A stretch of DNA of 63,948 nt, filler included, from an uncultured Myxococcia bacterium (lineage in GTDB: Bacteria > CAZTWC01), in the NCBI GenBank assembly GCA_964617105.1. It is 4 parts of 4 records of this genome, joined end to end, with 100 filler letters (N's around TTAATTAATTAA, not from the genome) between each part and the next. Parts side by side here need not be neighbours in the genome. Positions count along the whole stretch, not along the records: positions 34,921 to 52,155 come from CAZTWC010000056.1; 3 more parts are not named here. One strand, written 5' to 3'. The stretch's first letter is position 1. Each line of letters begins with the position of its first letter. The notes under the pieces are model-generated. The model was not told where the DNA came from and did not search any database. It saw only the letters and a list, made by a program, of their open reading frames with translations. A program made the position numbers and the translations under genes. Below, in pieces: positions 37,186-46,877 of the stretch.

Positions 37186-38361
37186 TCAATCCAACTCATC
37201 TTTCAATTCCTTAAAAGCAACAAGGGCTTTTTCTATATGCTCCTCTTTTAAATTGGCGCCAGGAATCAGCCTGATACGAGGATATTTGGCCGGAACGCTG
37301 GGGGCCACAAATGGGGTGCCCATAACTCCTTTGGAAAATAGAATCTTGGTGGCCATAACAGTCTGTGGGGTGGATTTAAAAAGTACTGACACCAGGGGCG
37401 CTTTGGAATTGGTTAGTTTATAACCCATCTCCAATAACCCTTTTCTCAACTGGTTGGCATATTGCCAGGTGCGTTTGATAAGTTCGGGATGCTTATCAAC
37501 TATCTCCAGGGATGCTAAGGCAGCGGCGGTAACGGCTGGCGGTAAGGCGGTGGAATATATCAGCATGGAAGAATCGTAGCGAAAGTAGTCCAATATTTGT
37601 TTTTTGCCGGAAATAAAACCGCCAAAGGCGCCAAACGCCTTGCCGTAAGAGCCGGTAATCAAATCCACCCGGTCGAAGACTTGGCACTGTTCTATTACTC
37701 CCCGTCCAGTTTCGCCCAGAACCCCGATTCCGTGGGCATCATCAACCACCACAAAGGCTTGATATTTTTCAGCCAACTCGGCGATCTCCGCCAGGGGAGG
37801 GTAGTCGCCTTCAGTGCTGTACAGCCCCTCTAATACAATAAAACGCATCCGATAGTCTTGGCTGCGGGCCAAAATTTCAGCCAGTCTTTTGGTGCTATTG
37901 TGGGGAAATGGCCGAAAAAAGGCCTTTGAGAGCCAGCAGCCGTTGAGTAAAGATGAGTGGCTGCCATGATCTACAATGAGAATATCATCCTGATTGGAGA
38001 GAACCTGAAAAACCCCTAAATTGGCCTGGTAGCAGGATGGATAGACCAGGGCATCTTCCTGTTTAAGGAAAGTAGCGGTTTGACGCTGCAACTCTTTGAT
38101 AAGCTCAGTGGACCCGGTGGCAATAGGGGTACCGCACATGCTGACACCATACTGGTCGATAGCCTCTTTCATCCGCTGGCGCATCAGGGGATGGTTGGCA
38201 ATTCCCAGGTAGTTGTTAGCTGCCAGGTTTATCACCTCCCGGCCCTCCACCTTCAAGGGAGTATCCATCGCACTTTGAATGGTGTTGTAATAGGGATTAA
38301 AACCTATCTCATCAAAGGGGGTTTGATAGATTAAACTATGTAGATATTCATTTTTTTTCAT
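37186..38361 (-). CDS. PLP-dependent alpha-oxoamine synthase (BioF/Kbl/SPT family)
   Basis: NNYLG, SHSS, HN, EGLYSTEGD, VDDAHGIG and the PLP lysine in GSYGKAFG. Confidence 0.88.
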   Translation of the reverse strand: MKKNEYLHSLIYQTPFDEIGFNPYYNTIQSAMDTPLKVEGREVINLAANNYLGIANHPLMRQRMKEAIDQYGVSMCGTPIATGSTELIKELQRQTATFLKQEDALVYPSCYQANLGVFQVLSNQDDILIVDHGSHSSLLNGCWLSKAFFRPFPHNSTKRLAEILARSQDYRMRFIVLEGLYSTEGDYPPLAEIAELAEKYQAFVVVDDAHGIGVLGETGRGVIEQCQVFDRVDLITGSYGKAFGAFGGFISGKKQILDYFRYDSSMLIYSTALPPAVTAAALASLEIVDKHPELIKRTWQYANQLRKGLLEMGYKLTNSKAPLVSVLFKSTPQTVMATKILFSKGVMGTPFVAPSVPAKYPRIRLIPGANLKEEHIEKALVAFKELKDELD

Positions 38362-39574
38362 AGATGCTCCGGTATTTTCCAAAGTAGCATTTTAGAGGTT
38401 TCCCGCTGTCAACCAAAATAGTGCAGAGGTTGCAATTGATACAGCGTGCGCGGGTAGTGGTATCATCTTTAAAGCGCTGCAATAGATCAGGCTGGCAGAT
38501 TAACCCCCGGCAAAAGGAGATGAGTTGGGCGTCATTGTTGTTCAAGATATCTTCAACCTGGCTCATTTTGCGGATCCCGCCAACCAATATAATGGGTAAA
38601 TTGGTATTTTGCTGCAATCGTTTGGCATTTTCCAGGTTGTAAAGATCGCAATAAGGGATAAACTGTTTTTTAAGTATTGGAAAGACCAGTTTCTTGCTGA
38701 TGTTTCGCAAAAGGGGATTGGCAGTTTTAACCGTGGGATTATAGTCCAGGGCTGCCTCTGCCGGGATATCTCCGCGGATGATGTTCAGCGCTTTTTCCAT
38801 GGTACCGTAACTGACTTCAATTGCCTCTACTTTCAAATCTGAGAGAAAATTGCATACTTGAAACGCCTCATCAAAAGTAAAATATTTAGGCCGGTCATCC
38901 TGAGCACTCATCTTTATCAACACTGGAAATGAATCCCCACATTTATCCTTTATTCCGGAGATTATTTCTTTAACAATCCGAAAACGGTTTTCCAGGGAGC
39001 CGCCCCAATTGTCGCGGCGGCGATTGGTGTGACGAGACAAAAATTGGTGCAGTAAATAGCCATGGGCCATGTGTATTTGTACTCCATCGAAACCGGCTTT
39101 TTTGCTGCGCATAGCGGCGGTAATAAAGTGTTCTATTATCTCTATGATCTGGTTTTCACCCAGAGGCATTGGCTGCTGGCGGAAATAGGAACAAGTTACA
39201 GTTGAAGGTGCAAAACAGGGTTGGCCGGTTATACTGGAGATGGTCTGGCGGCCAACGTGGGCTAATTGAGGAATAATTTTAGTTCCAGTAGTATGAATTT
39301 TATCAACAATTGGGGCCCATTTTTCAACTTTTTGGTCAGTGTCAAAACCGGCCTGGCCTGGCTGGATAGCCCTGCCGTATGGATGAACATAACTGAATCC
39401 AGTGATAATCAAGCCTACTTGGTTTTTGGCCAACCGAAAATATAATTTTTGGTATGCAGAAGATGGATTGCCCTGTTTATCCGCCATCCCTTCAAAGGTA
39501 GCAGAGCGGACAAAACGATTTTTTAGGCTCAAATTGGCCAGTTTATATGGTTTATATGGATCTATGGGCATCAA
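38348..39574 (-). CDS. NADH:flavin oxidoreductase (Old Yellow Enzyme-like) with C-terminal CxxCxxC
   Basis: LKNRFVRSAT, QLAHVGR, GFDGVQIHMAHGYLL, GGSLENR and CINCNLC. Confidence 0.9.
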   Translation of the reverse strand: MMPIDPYKPYKLANLSLKNRFVRSATFEGMADKQGNPSSAYQKLYFRLAKNQVGLIITGFSYVHPYGRAIQPGQAGFDTDQKVEKWAPIVDKIHTTGTKIIPQLAHVGRQTISSITGQPCFAPSTVTCSYFRQQPMPLGENQIIEIIEHFITAAMRSKKAGFDGVQIHMAHGYLLHQFLSRHTNRRRDNWGGSLENRFRIVKEIISGIKDKCGDSFPVLIKMSAQDDRPKYFTFDEAFQVCNFLSDLKVEAIEVSYGTMEKALNIIRGDIPAEAALDYNPTVKTANPLLRNISKKLVFPILKKQFIPYCDLYNLENAKRLQQNTNLPIILVGGIRKMSQVEDILNNNDAQLISFCRGLICQPDLLQRFKDDTTTRARCINCNLCTILVDSGKPLKCYFGKYRSIYEKK

Positions 39575-39756
39575 TTAATTTTCCTATGAATGTGTAATGT
39601 ATTATAAAATATATTTTCTTACCTTAAAGTTAATGGTAAAAACTGTCAATAAGTTACTACTCCGACACTAGACTAAACATTCAATCTAAGGTATATAATA
39701 ACTCTCAATCATTTTTATTGATAACCAGATTCACCATACTTTTTACGGGTAAATTA

Positions 39757-42063
39757 ATGAAAAAAGAGCCCATACTATTAGAAAAAAGTGCCTCAAAATG
39801 CCTTCAAATAACCAATAACCATTCCAAAGCAGTATTTTGGCTGTTTTTACTTCTGCTGGTTGCTTCGGGCCCCTTGATTTCCCAGGTGCAGATCGATAAT
39901 ACTCTGGAAAAAATTATGGAGCCTGATCCGCAATTGATGGCCATGGAGAAAAACCTGAAAGAAAAATTCGGCAACTTTGATGAGTTAACGGTTATAGCCT
40001 ATTACCATCCTCAACTTTTTACTCCTGAACCTTTAAAACGAGTTAAAAGTTTGACCAGAAAAATATTAAAGATCAAAGGAGTGCAAAACTGCCTTAGTCT
40101 GGCCAATGTCCCCTGGTTCCGTAACCAGGATTTTGATGGGGAGAGAGTTTTGATGACCTCCTCATTTTTGAAAAAGACCCCCAAATCGAAAAAGGATTTA
40201 AAACATCTTCAGGAGTCGGCTTCATCTAATCCGTTGTACCGCCGCAATCTAATCTCTGCTGATGGAAATACAGTGGCTTTTAATGTGATCCTAGAAAGAG
40301 ATATATCTTCTGAAGACAAAGAACAGATTATTAAAAAATTGATGACCCTGACCGACCAATATCAGAAGCAGGATAACCGAGGGCGGTTTTATATCAGCGG
40401 CATGCACGTTTTTATGGAATTTACCAGCAACTTTTTGCGCCACGACCTGGCCCTGTTCACTGTTCTCACGGTAATTGCCATTCTGTTAACTCTGTTTCTC
40501 TGTTTCGGCAACATTAAACCGGCTATTCTCTGCCTGCTGGGCGCCACAATTACCAACGGTTTATCTTTGGCGGTAATTAACACTCTGGGGATGCGTTTTT
40601 CGGTGGCTACTTCAGCGTTTCCAGCCATCGCCATGGCTCTTACCGCTGCCTATTCTATCCACGTAATCCACGCCGTCAGAGCCGGAGAAAAACCGGGGGA
40701 GATGAAGGAGATACTGTCGGCCATTCTATTGGCTGGAGTAACTACTACTGCGGGTTTTATCTCTTTGGCCCTCAACCCGGTAGTTACGGTCCAGGAGTTT
40801 GGTATATTTACCGCCATTGGAGTATTCTGGGCTACTTTGGTTTCCTGTTTCTTTGTGCCGGCCACCATTAAAGCCTATCCCTGGTTTATTGGTGGTCAAG
40901 GTAAAACTCTAATTCCCCTGGCTTTTATCTCCAGATTCAGTTCTATGGTGATTAATTACCGGGGCCGTATTGTTTTGATTTCAGCCTTGCTGGCCTTGCT
41001 GGTGATATTTGCCTTTACCATGAAGATAGATACCGACTACTACAAATATTACAACCAAAAAACCGCCCTCACCGAAGCCATCGATTTTACCAATAAACAT
41101 TTGGCCGGCCAGTACCCATTTGTAATCATGCTGGAAGACAATGATAATGATGATGCTTTTCTACAGCATAAAAATCTTCAAAAAATTAAAGAGTTGCGCA
41201 ATTATTTGGCCTCCCAGCCTGGCGTTGACTCAGTAGTGGATTACGCCATGCTGCTGGATGACGCTTATCAGGCCATGGCAGACCAAACCAAAGTTGACCC
41301 CTCTTGGAGCAAAAATAGCAACCTGGTTTCCCAGGTAGCCATGCTTTTAAATGACTCTGCCTTTGATGTCAAATCACTTTACATTACCGATGATTACAAC
41401 TCCACCGCTATGGTGGTTAGGACCAATCTTATAAGTTCCCGGGATTTCCTCGACCTGGTGGATAAGGTTGAGATATATTTGGCTGAAAACAAAAATAATT
41501 TTCCCGATAACAGCATTACCGGCACCTATATCCGTTGCACCCGTTCAGCAGACCGGATGGCCTTTGGCCAAATTTGGGGTAGCTTTTTTGCCATTCTCAT
41601 AGTAATGACTCTGGTCTTTGTGGCTATAAAAGATTGGCGTTTAACCAGTATCGCCTTTTTTCCCAACATTTTACCGCTGCTGTTGATCTTTGGAATTATG
41701 GGGTTGTTGGGGGAGACTATAAATATGGGCACTGCCACTATTGCCGCCATATCTATTGGTATTGCCGTAGATGATACTATCCATTTCCTGGTCAGATACA
41801 GGTACGCTGCCCAATCGGGTTTAAGTAGCGATAAAGTGGCCAGCAAAACCATTGAAACCGCCGGCCCCTCTATAACGTTTACCACCATTACCATTGCCGC
41901 CGGCTTTTTAGTTCTATATTTCTCCAGTTTTGCACCGGTGAGCAAATTAGGGCTTTACACTGCAATTACCATGCTCCTCTGTATGCTTTCCGACCTGTTA
42001 TTTTTACCCGCCCTTTTGCTATACCTAAAAACATCAACTAATCAAGTTAAATCAAAGGGATAG
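39757..42063 (+). CDS. MMPL/RND-family membrane transporter
   Basis: Two repeats of periplasmic loop plus TM bundle. TTTAGFISL, PNILP, GIAVDDTIH and LFLPALL. Confidence 0.88.
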   Translation: MKKEPILLEKSASKCLQITNNHSKAVFWLFLLLLVASGPLISQVQIDNTLEKIMEPDPQLMAMEKNLKEKFGNFDELTVIAYYHPQLFTPEPLKRVKSLTRKILKIKGVQNCLSLANVPWFRNQDFDGERVLMTSSFLKKTPKSKKDLKHLQESASSNPLYRRNLISADGNTVAFNVILERDISSEDKEQIIKKLMTLTDQYQKQDNRGRFYISGMHVFMEFTSNFLRHDLALFTVLTVIAILLTLFLCFGNIKPAILCLLGATITNGLSLAVINTLGMRFSVATSAFPAIAMALTAAYSIHVIHAVRAGEKPGEMKEILSAILLAGVTTTAGFISLALNPVVTVQEFGIFTAIGVFWATLVSCFFVPATIKAYPWFIGGQGKTLIPLAFISRFSSMVINYRGRIVLISALLALLVIFAFTMKIDTDYYKYYNQKTALTEAIDFTNKHLAGQYPFVIMLEDNDNDDAFLQHKNLQKIKELRNYLASQPGVDSVVDYAMLLDDAYQAMADQTKVDPSWSKNSNLVSQVAMLLNDSAFDVKSLYITDDYNSTAMVVRTNLISSRDFLDLVDKVEIYLAENKNNFPDNSITGTYIRCTRSADRMAFGQIWGSFFAILIVMTLVFVAIKDWRLTSIAFFPNILPLLLIFGIMGLLGETINMGTATIAAISIGIAVDDTIHFLVRYRYAAQSGLSSDKVASKTIETAGPSITFTTITIAAGFLVLYFSSFAPVSKLGLYTAITMLLCMLSDLLFLPALLLYLKTSTNQVKSKG

Positions 42064-42078
42064 TAAGGAAAATATAGT

Positions 42079-43077
42079 ATGAAAATAATGATAACCGGGG
42101 CTTCGGGTTTTATTGGTCTTAATCTTATAGAGCATTTGAGTCAAAAAGAGGGTGCTCAAGTTTATGCTATAGCCAGAAGCCAGGCCGGATTGCAACGTCT
42201 ACAGCAATTCTGTAATGGAAAAAGCGGTATTAATATCTTTCAGATAGATCTGGCCGATCCAGAACAGTTAGATCAATTTCCCGAATCTCCGGAAATTATA
42301 ATTAACCTGGCAGCCAGAGTTTCCGACTACGGATCCTATCCTCAATTTTTTAAAGATAATGTGCAAACCTCTGAAAATTTGTTAAATTTTGCCGCTAAGA
42401 TTAAACAGTTTAACCATTTTATCCATATTTCCACTATCGATGTTTACGGTTATCCAGACAAGTTTAACATCAAAGAAGATGAACCCTTACAGCCAGGTAA
42501 AAATCATTACAACACCAGCAAAGTGATGGCAGAGATCATGGTGCAGAAAAGGATGAAACAGTTACCTATAACTATTCTACGCCCTGCCACAGTAGTGGGC
42601 CCTCAGTGCCAATCTTTAATTGGCGAGATAACAGCGATGCAGAAATCTGGAGTGATGTTTTATTTTAACCGGGGAAACCGCAGCGCTGGTTTATTGGATG
42701 TTAGAAATCTGGTTGACCTGATCTGCCTTATTTCCGGCCAAAAAAAATATATTAACCAGGTGTTGAATGTTGCAGATCAATGGGATGTCAATTGGAGACA
42801 ATTTGTTTTTCAGATTGGTAAAATGGCGGGTAAAAAATATTTGCGAATCAATATTCCCTATAACCTGGCCCTCTATCTGGGCAAGATAATGACCAGGGTT
42901 TACCTGTGGTTAGGGCTCAAAAGCCGGCCACCAATCACCCCCATGGCAGTGCAACTATTAGGTACACACCAGCAGTGCTCAGTGGAAAAATTGACCCAAA
43001 CCGGTTTTAAGCCAACCTATTCCTATCAGGATTGTCTTGATGCCATCGAAAAATGGCTTTCCAATTTGAAGGAATAA
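42079..43077 (+). CDS. Extended SDR NAD-dependent epimerase/dehydratase (3-beta-HSD-like)
   Basis: TGASGFIG, HIST, YNTSK and LRPATVVGP. Confidence 0.88.
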   Translation: MKIMITGASGFIGLNLIEHLSQKEGAQVYAIARSQAGLQRLQQFCNGKSGINIFQIDLADPEQLDQFPESPEIIINLAARVSDYGSYPQFFKDNVQTSENLLNFAAKIKQFNHFIHISTIDVYGYPDKFNIKEDEPLQPGKNHYNTSKVMAEIMVQKRMKQLPITILRPATVVGPQCQSLIGEITAMQKSGVMFYFNRGNRSAGLLDVRNLVDLICLISGQKKYINQVLNVADQWDVNWRQFVFQIGKMAGKKYLRINIPYNLALYLGKIMTRVYLWLGLKSRPPITPMAVQLLGTHQQCSVEKLTQTGFKPTYSYQDCLDAIEKWLSNLKE

Positions 43078-43979
43078 TGCAAACCACATCTTTTTTAAAA
43101 TGGGCTGGCGGTAAGAGCCAGTTGTTGGAAAAATTTACTCAATATTTTCCGTCTCAATTGAAAAAAGGAAAGTTAAACTACTTTGAACCTTTTATTGGAG
43201 GCGGCTCTCTTTTTTTCTTTTTAAAGCCAAAGTACAACCTGGCCCAATGCTATTTAAGTGACATTGCCCCAGATTTGATTTTGGTTTACCGGATAGTGAA
43301 AAAAAGTTGTCAAGATTTGCTTAAAATCTTGCAAAAAATGGAAGATAAATATTTACCTTTAGATCAAGATGGGCGTAAAGAGTATTATTATGAGGTGCGG
43401 CATCAATTTAACTATAACCGGAATGAGGATTTTTCTCGCATAAACTCCAAAGGAATAGAACGGGCGGCGCAAATAATATTTCTCAATCGAACCTGTTTTA
43501 ATGGCTTGTTTAGACACAACAGCAAAGGTGAGTTTAATGTTCCCATTGGAAGTTATAAAAAGCCCGTTATTGTTCAGGAAACTAAGTTAACCAACGCAGC
43601 TGAATTATTAAAGAATGTAACTCTTGAAAATGCCGATTTCAGTGCAGTAGAAGATTTGGTGACAGCTGATTCTTTTGTCTATTTTGACCCGCCTTACCGT
43701 CCTTTAAGTAAAACCTCCAGTTTTACCGCCTATAGTAAAAATAGTTTTGACGATGCTGAACAAATGCGGTTGGCCAGATTATTTAAAAAACTGGATAAGA
43801 AAGGAGCTCTGTTGATGCTGAGTAACTCTGATCCGCAGAATATCGGCGGCTCAGAGGATGATTTTTTTATTCGGCATTATGGCAACTACAATATCTCCCG
43901 CCTGGAGGCCAGGCGCAACATAAACTCCAAATCACTTGGCCGGGGGAAAATATACGAATTGGTAATTACAAATTATTAA
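43077..43979 (+). CDS. dam: DNA adenine methyltransferase (Dam/D12 class)
   Basis: KWAGGK, EPFIGGG, FNGLFR.NSKG.FNVP, FDPPY and ELVITNY. TAATG coupling to the upstream gene. Confidence 0.9.
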   Translation: MQTTSFLKWAGGKSQLLEKFTQYFPSQLKKGKLNYFEPFIGGGSLFFFLKPKYNLAQCYLSDIAPDLILVYRIVKKSCQDLLKILQKMEDKYLPLDQDGRKEYYYEVRHQFNYNRNEDFSRINSKGIERAAQIIFLNRTCFNGLFRHNSKGEFNVPIGSYKKPVIVQETKLTNAAELLKNVTLENADFSAVEDLVTADSFVYFDPPYRPLSKTSSFTAYSKNSFDDAEQMRLARLFKKLDKKGALLMLSNSDPQNIGGSEDDFFIRHYGNYNISRLEARRNINSKSLGRGKIYELVITNY

Positions 43980-43988
43980 AGTACCGCT

Positions 43989-44603
43989 TTAATTTTTAAT
44001 CACCACCAACCGGTCTTTAATCTCAACCATTCCTCTGGCGATCCAATCAATTGCCTTGGGATAAATAACATGTTCCTGCTGCAAAATTCTTTGCTGGAGT
44101 AATTCCAGAGTATCATCATCCATTACCGGAACCGTAGCCTGAATAATAATGGGGCCATGGTCCACTTTTTCATCCACAAAATGGACAGTGCAACCACTGA
44201 TTTTAACCCCATAATTCAGAGCCTGCACTTGGGCCTCCAGGCCGGGAAAAGATGGAAGCAGAGAAGGATGGATATTGATTACCCGTTGGGGAAACTGCTC
44301 CAGAAAAGCCGGAGAAACAACTCGCATATACCCGGCCAGACAGACCAGATCTACCTGGAACTCTTTTAGTTTGGCTACCATAGCCAGATCCATCTCTTTT
44401 TTACTTTTAAAACCTTTCCGCTTGAATACTAAACCGGGAATATTGGCCTCTTCGGCTCTTTTCAAACCCAAAGCCTTGGCCTTGGAACTGATCACCACTT
44501 CCACTTTGGCATTGATCTGGTTTTGATTACAATTATCAATAATAGATTGCAAATTGGTTCCTGAACCAGATATCAAAATCCCTAGTTTTAAGATTTTACT
44601 CAT
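43989..44603 (-). CDS. purN: Phosphoribosylglycinamide formyltransferase
   Basis: SGSGTNLQ, LAGYMR, NIHPSLLP and GCTVHFV...DHGPII. Confidence 0.97.
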   Translation of the reverse strand: MSKILKLGILISGSGTNLQSIIDNCNQNQINAKVEVVISSKAKALGLKRAEEANIPGLVFKRKGFKSKKEMDLAMVAKLKEFQVDLVCLAGYMRVVSPAFLEQFPQRVINIHPSLLPSFPGLEAQVQALNYGVKISGCTVHFVDEKVDHGPIIIQATVPVMDDDTLELLQQRILQQEHVIYPKAIDWIARGMVEIKDRLVVIKN

Positions 44604-44617
44604 GGTATTCTCCTATT

Positions 44618-45664
44618 TTATATCACTTCAACAGAGATGAGCTTTTCATGCCTCTTAGTAATGAATCCAATTTTAGATGCCGCCAAATTATGATCTTTTT
44701 CAAGGGTATCAATAATTTGATTTGCATCAGATTTATCAGCAATCATCACCATGCCGATTCCCATATTAAAAGTCCTGAACATCTCTTTTTCATCTACATT
44801 TCCCCACTCTTGTAAAAGATGGAAAATCTGTTTTCGAGACCAGGCGGCCGAATCGATCATGGCGGCGAAACTGGTTGGAAGGACTCGTTCAATATTGTCG
44901 TAAAATCCTCCCCCAGTTATGTGGGCAATGGCTGAAATTGGGTATTGCTTTAAAATTTGCAAAACCGGTTTTACATAAATAGAAGTTGGAGTCAGCAACT
45001 CTTGACCAATACTGGTTCCCTCTAATTCTGCCGGACAATCGGAAGGATTTAGCCCTTTGACGTCAAAACAAATTTTTCTGGCCAAAGAAAAACCATTGGA
45101 ATGAAGTCCGGATGATTCCAATCCAATAATCACTTGGCCGTCCTTCACTTTAGTACCGTCCAATATTTTTTCTCTATCAACTATTCCCACGCAAAAGCCA
45201 GCCAATTCGTATTCTCCTGGTTGATAAAAACCGGGAAGTTCAGCAGTTTCACCGCCAATTAGGGCGCATTCTGACATTTGGCAACCCTGGACAATCCCCT
45301 CGATCACTTTAGCAGCCTGATTCACCTCAAGTTTGGCCACCGCCAAATAGTCTAGAAAAAACAAAGGCTTTGCACCACAAGCTAAAATATCATTTACATT
45401 CATAGCTACTAAGTCTATGCCAACGGTGTGGTGCCGCTCAAGAGAAAAGGCTAATTTTAACTTGGTTCCAACTCCATCAGTGCTGCTTACCAACACCGGG
45501 TGTTTATAGTCCATTCCCTTAAGATCAAACAGTCCGCCAAAAGATCCAAGGCCGCCTAAAACTCTGGAGGAATGGGTAGATTTGATTAGCGGTCCGATCT
45601 CATTTACGAAAAGGTTGGCCTGGTCAATATTCACACCACTATCTTTGTAAGTTAAATTTCCCAT
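44618..45664 (-). CDS. purM: Phosphoribosylformylglycinamidine cyclo-ligase
   Basis: TDGVGTK, GGETAE, SSGLHSNGFSL, HITGGG and TFNMGIG. Confidence 0.97.
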   Translation of the reverse strand: MGNLTYKDSGVNIDQANLFVNEIGPLIKSTHSSRVLGGLGSFGGLFDLKGMDYKHPVLVSSTDGVGTKLKLAFSLERHHTVGIDLVAMNVNDILACGAKPLFFLDYLAVAKLEVNQAAKVIEGIVQGCQMSECALIGGETAELPGFYQPGEYELAGFCVGIVDREKILDGTKVKDGQVIIGLESSGLHSNGFSLARKICFDVKGLNPSDCPAELEGTSIGQELLTPTSIYVKPVLQILKQYPISAIAHITGGGFYDNIERVLPTSFAAMIDSAAWSRKQIFHLLQEWGNVDEKEMFRTFNMGIGMVMIADKSDANQIIDTLEKDHNLAASKIGFITKRHEKLISVEVI

Positions 45665-45677
45665 AATTATTCCCCTT

Positions 45678-46859
45678 TTAAGAACTAAAGATCTCTGGTA
45701 ATAGCGAACATCCCGGTAATTGGTTAAATAGTTTTTTCCACATCCATTGGTTTTCCATACACAAGTAGACATTTTTATCCAGATTGTATTTTTTCAAACA
45801 GGTCAGTAACCACGAATATAACTGAAGTCGGATATCTCTGAAGTAGCGATATTTGCCATCAGATCCTCGACAAAATTCTCCATAAAAAATGTAGGGAAAA
45901 TTAGTCCTGGTTAAATTTTCTCTTGAACCCATATTTTTTATTAGCATCTCTTCTATGGGGCCGGTAAATCTAAATCCCCCCATACTTATCCAGGTAATTG
46001 AATTTCTTTCAAGATGATCTGCTAATGATTCAATTAATTTTTGATACTCTTTTTTCCAATTCGGATAATAAAAGATAGGATCAAAATGGAGGGCGATTTT
46101 ATAACCGTTTTTAACTGCTTGTTTAATGGCAGATAACCTGCTCTCAACACTGGCTGAACCTGGTTCAAAACTCTTTTGAATTAGGGGAGTATTCATAGAC
46201 CAACCTAAAACGATTCCCGGGCCAGGAGTCAATCTCATCAGGTTTTGGATATTATTGCTTTTAGTTTTTAGTTCAAAGGAGATTCTTTCATAAGGGGAAA
46301 ATAATTTTACCAAAAATGGCGCCAAAGGCACCAGATGATCCAGGGCCAGGCTGTCGCACAACTCGCCAGTGCCAATTCGGATAATTCCCTGGCGGTTTTT
46401 GAGTAAAGACTCTATCTGTTCGTTAAGATTATCCAAATCGGTGCGAACAAAAATAGCCGGAAAATTCAAATAAACCTGAAGAATGCAATAGGAGCAGTTA
46501 ATTGGGCAATTTTCCATTACATCCAAAGTATAATAGTTACAGCACAACATCCCTGGACTTTGAGGGCACTTCCTGATTTTATCTCCCTTTTGGCGCCCAA
46601 AATAGAGTCTATTTTTATCCTGGCCCGGTTTGGTTACAGGGACGGTTTTATTTTCCTCTTTTTGAATCATCTCTGCTAAAAAAGTTTGCCGGTTTTCAAC
46701 TACATTAATATCAATATCTGGTAAATATTGGCGGCATTGTTTAAAGAGCCACGAATCCATTGCCTTTGGCTCAACAAAAATTTCTTGTATATTAGAAGGG
46801 TGGAGATTTAGTTTTGCACCGCTAGAGGAGAGTTTAGATGAAGAAGGGTTTAGAGCCAT
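45678..46859 (-). CDS. Radical SAM protein, spore photoproduct lyase (SplB)-like
   Basis: CPINCSYC, RIGTGELCDSL, ELKTKS, HFDP, DGKYRY and VYLCME. Confidence 0.8.
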   Translation of the reverse strand: MALNPSSSKLSSSGAKLNLHPSNIQEIFVEPKAMDSWLFKQCRQYLPDIDINVVENRQTFLAEMIQKEENKTVPVTKPGQDKNRLYFGRQKGDKIRKCPQSPGMLCCNYYTLDVMENCPINCSYCILQVYLNFPAIFVRTDLDNLNEQIESLLKNRQGIIRIGTGELCDSLALDHLVPLAPFLVKLFSPYERISFELKTKSNNIQNLMRLTPGPGIVLGWSMNTPLIQKSFEPGSASVESRLSAIKQAVKNGYKIALHFDPIFYYPNWKKEYQKLIESLADHLERNSITWISMGGFRFTGPIEEMLIKNMGSRENLTRTNFPYIFYGEFCRGSDGKYRYFRDIRLQLYSWLLTCLKKYNLDKNVYLCMENQWMWKKLFNQLPGCSLLPEIFSS

Positions 46860-46877
46860 AATGGCTAATAGTCCCGG

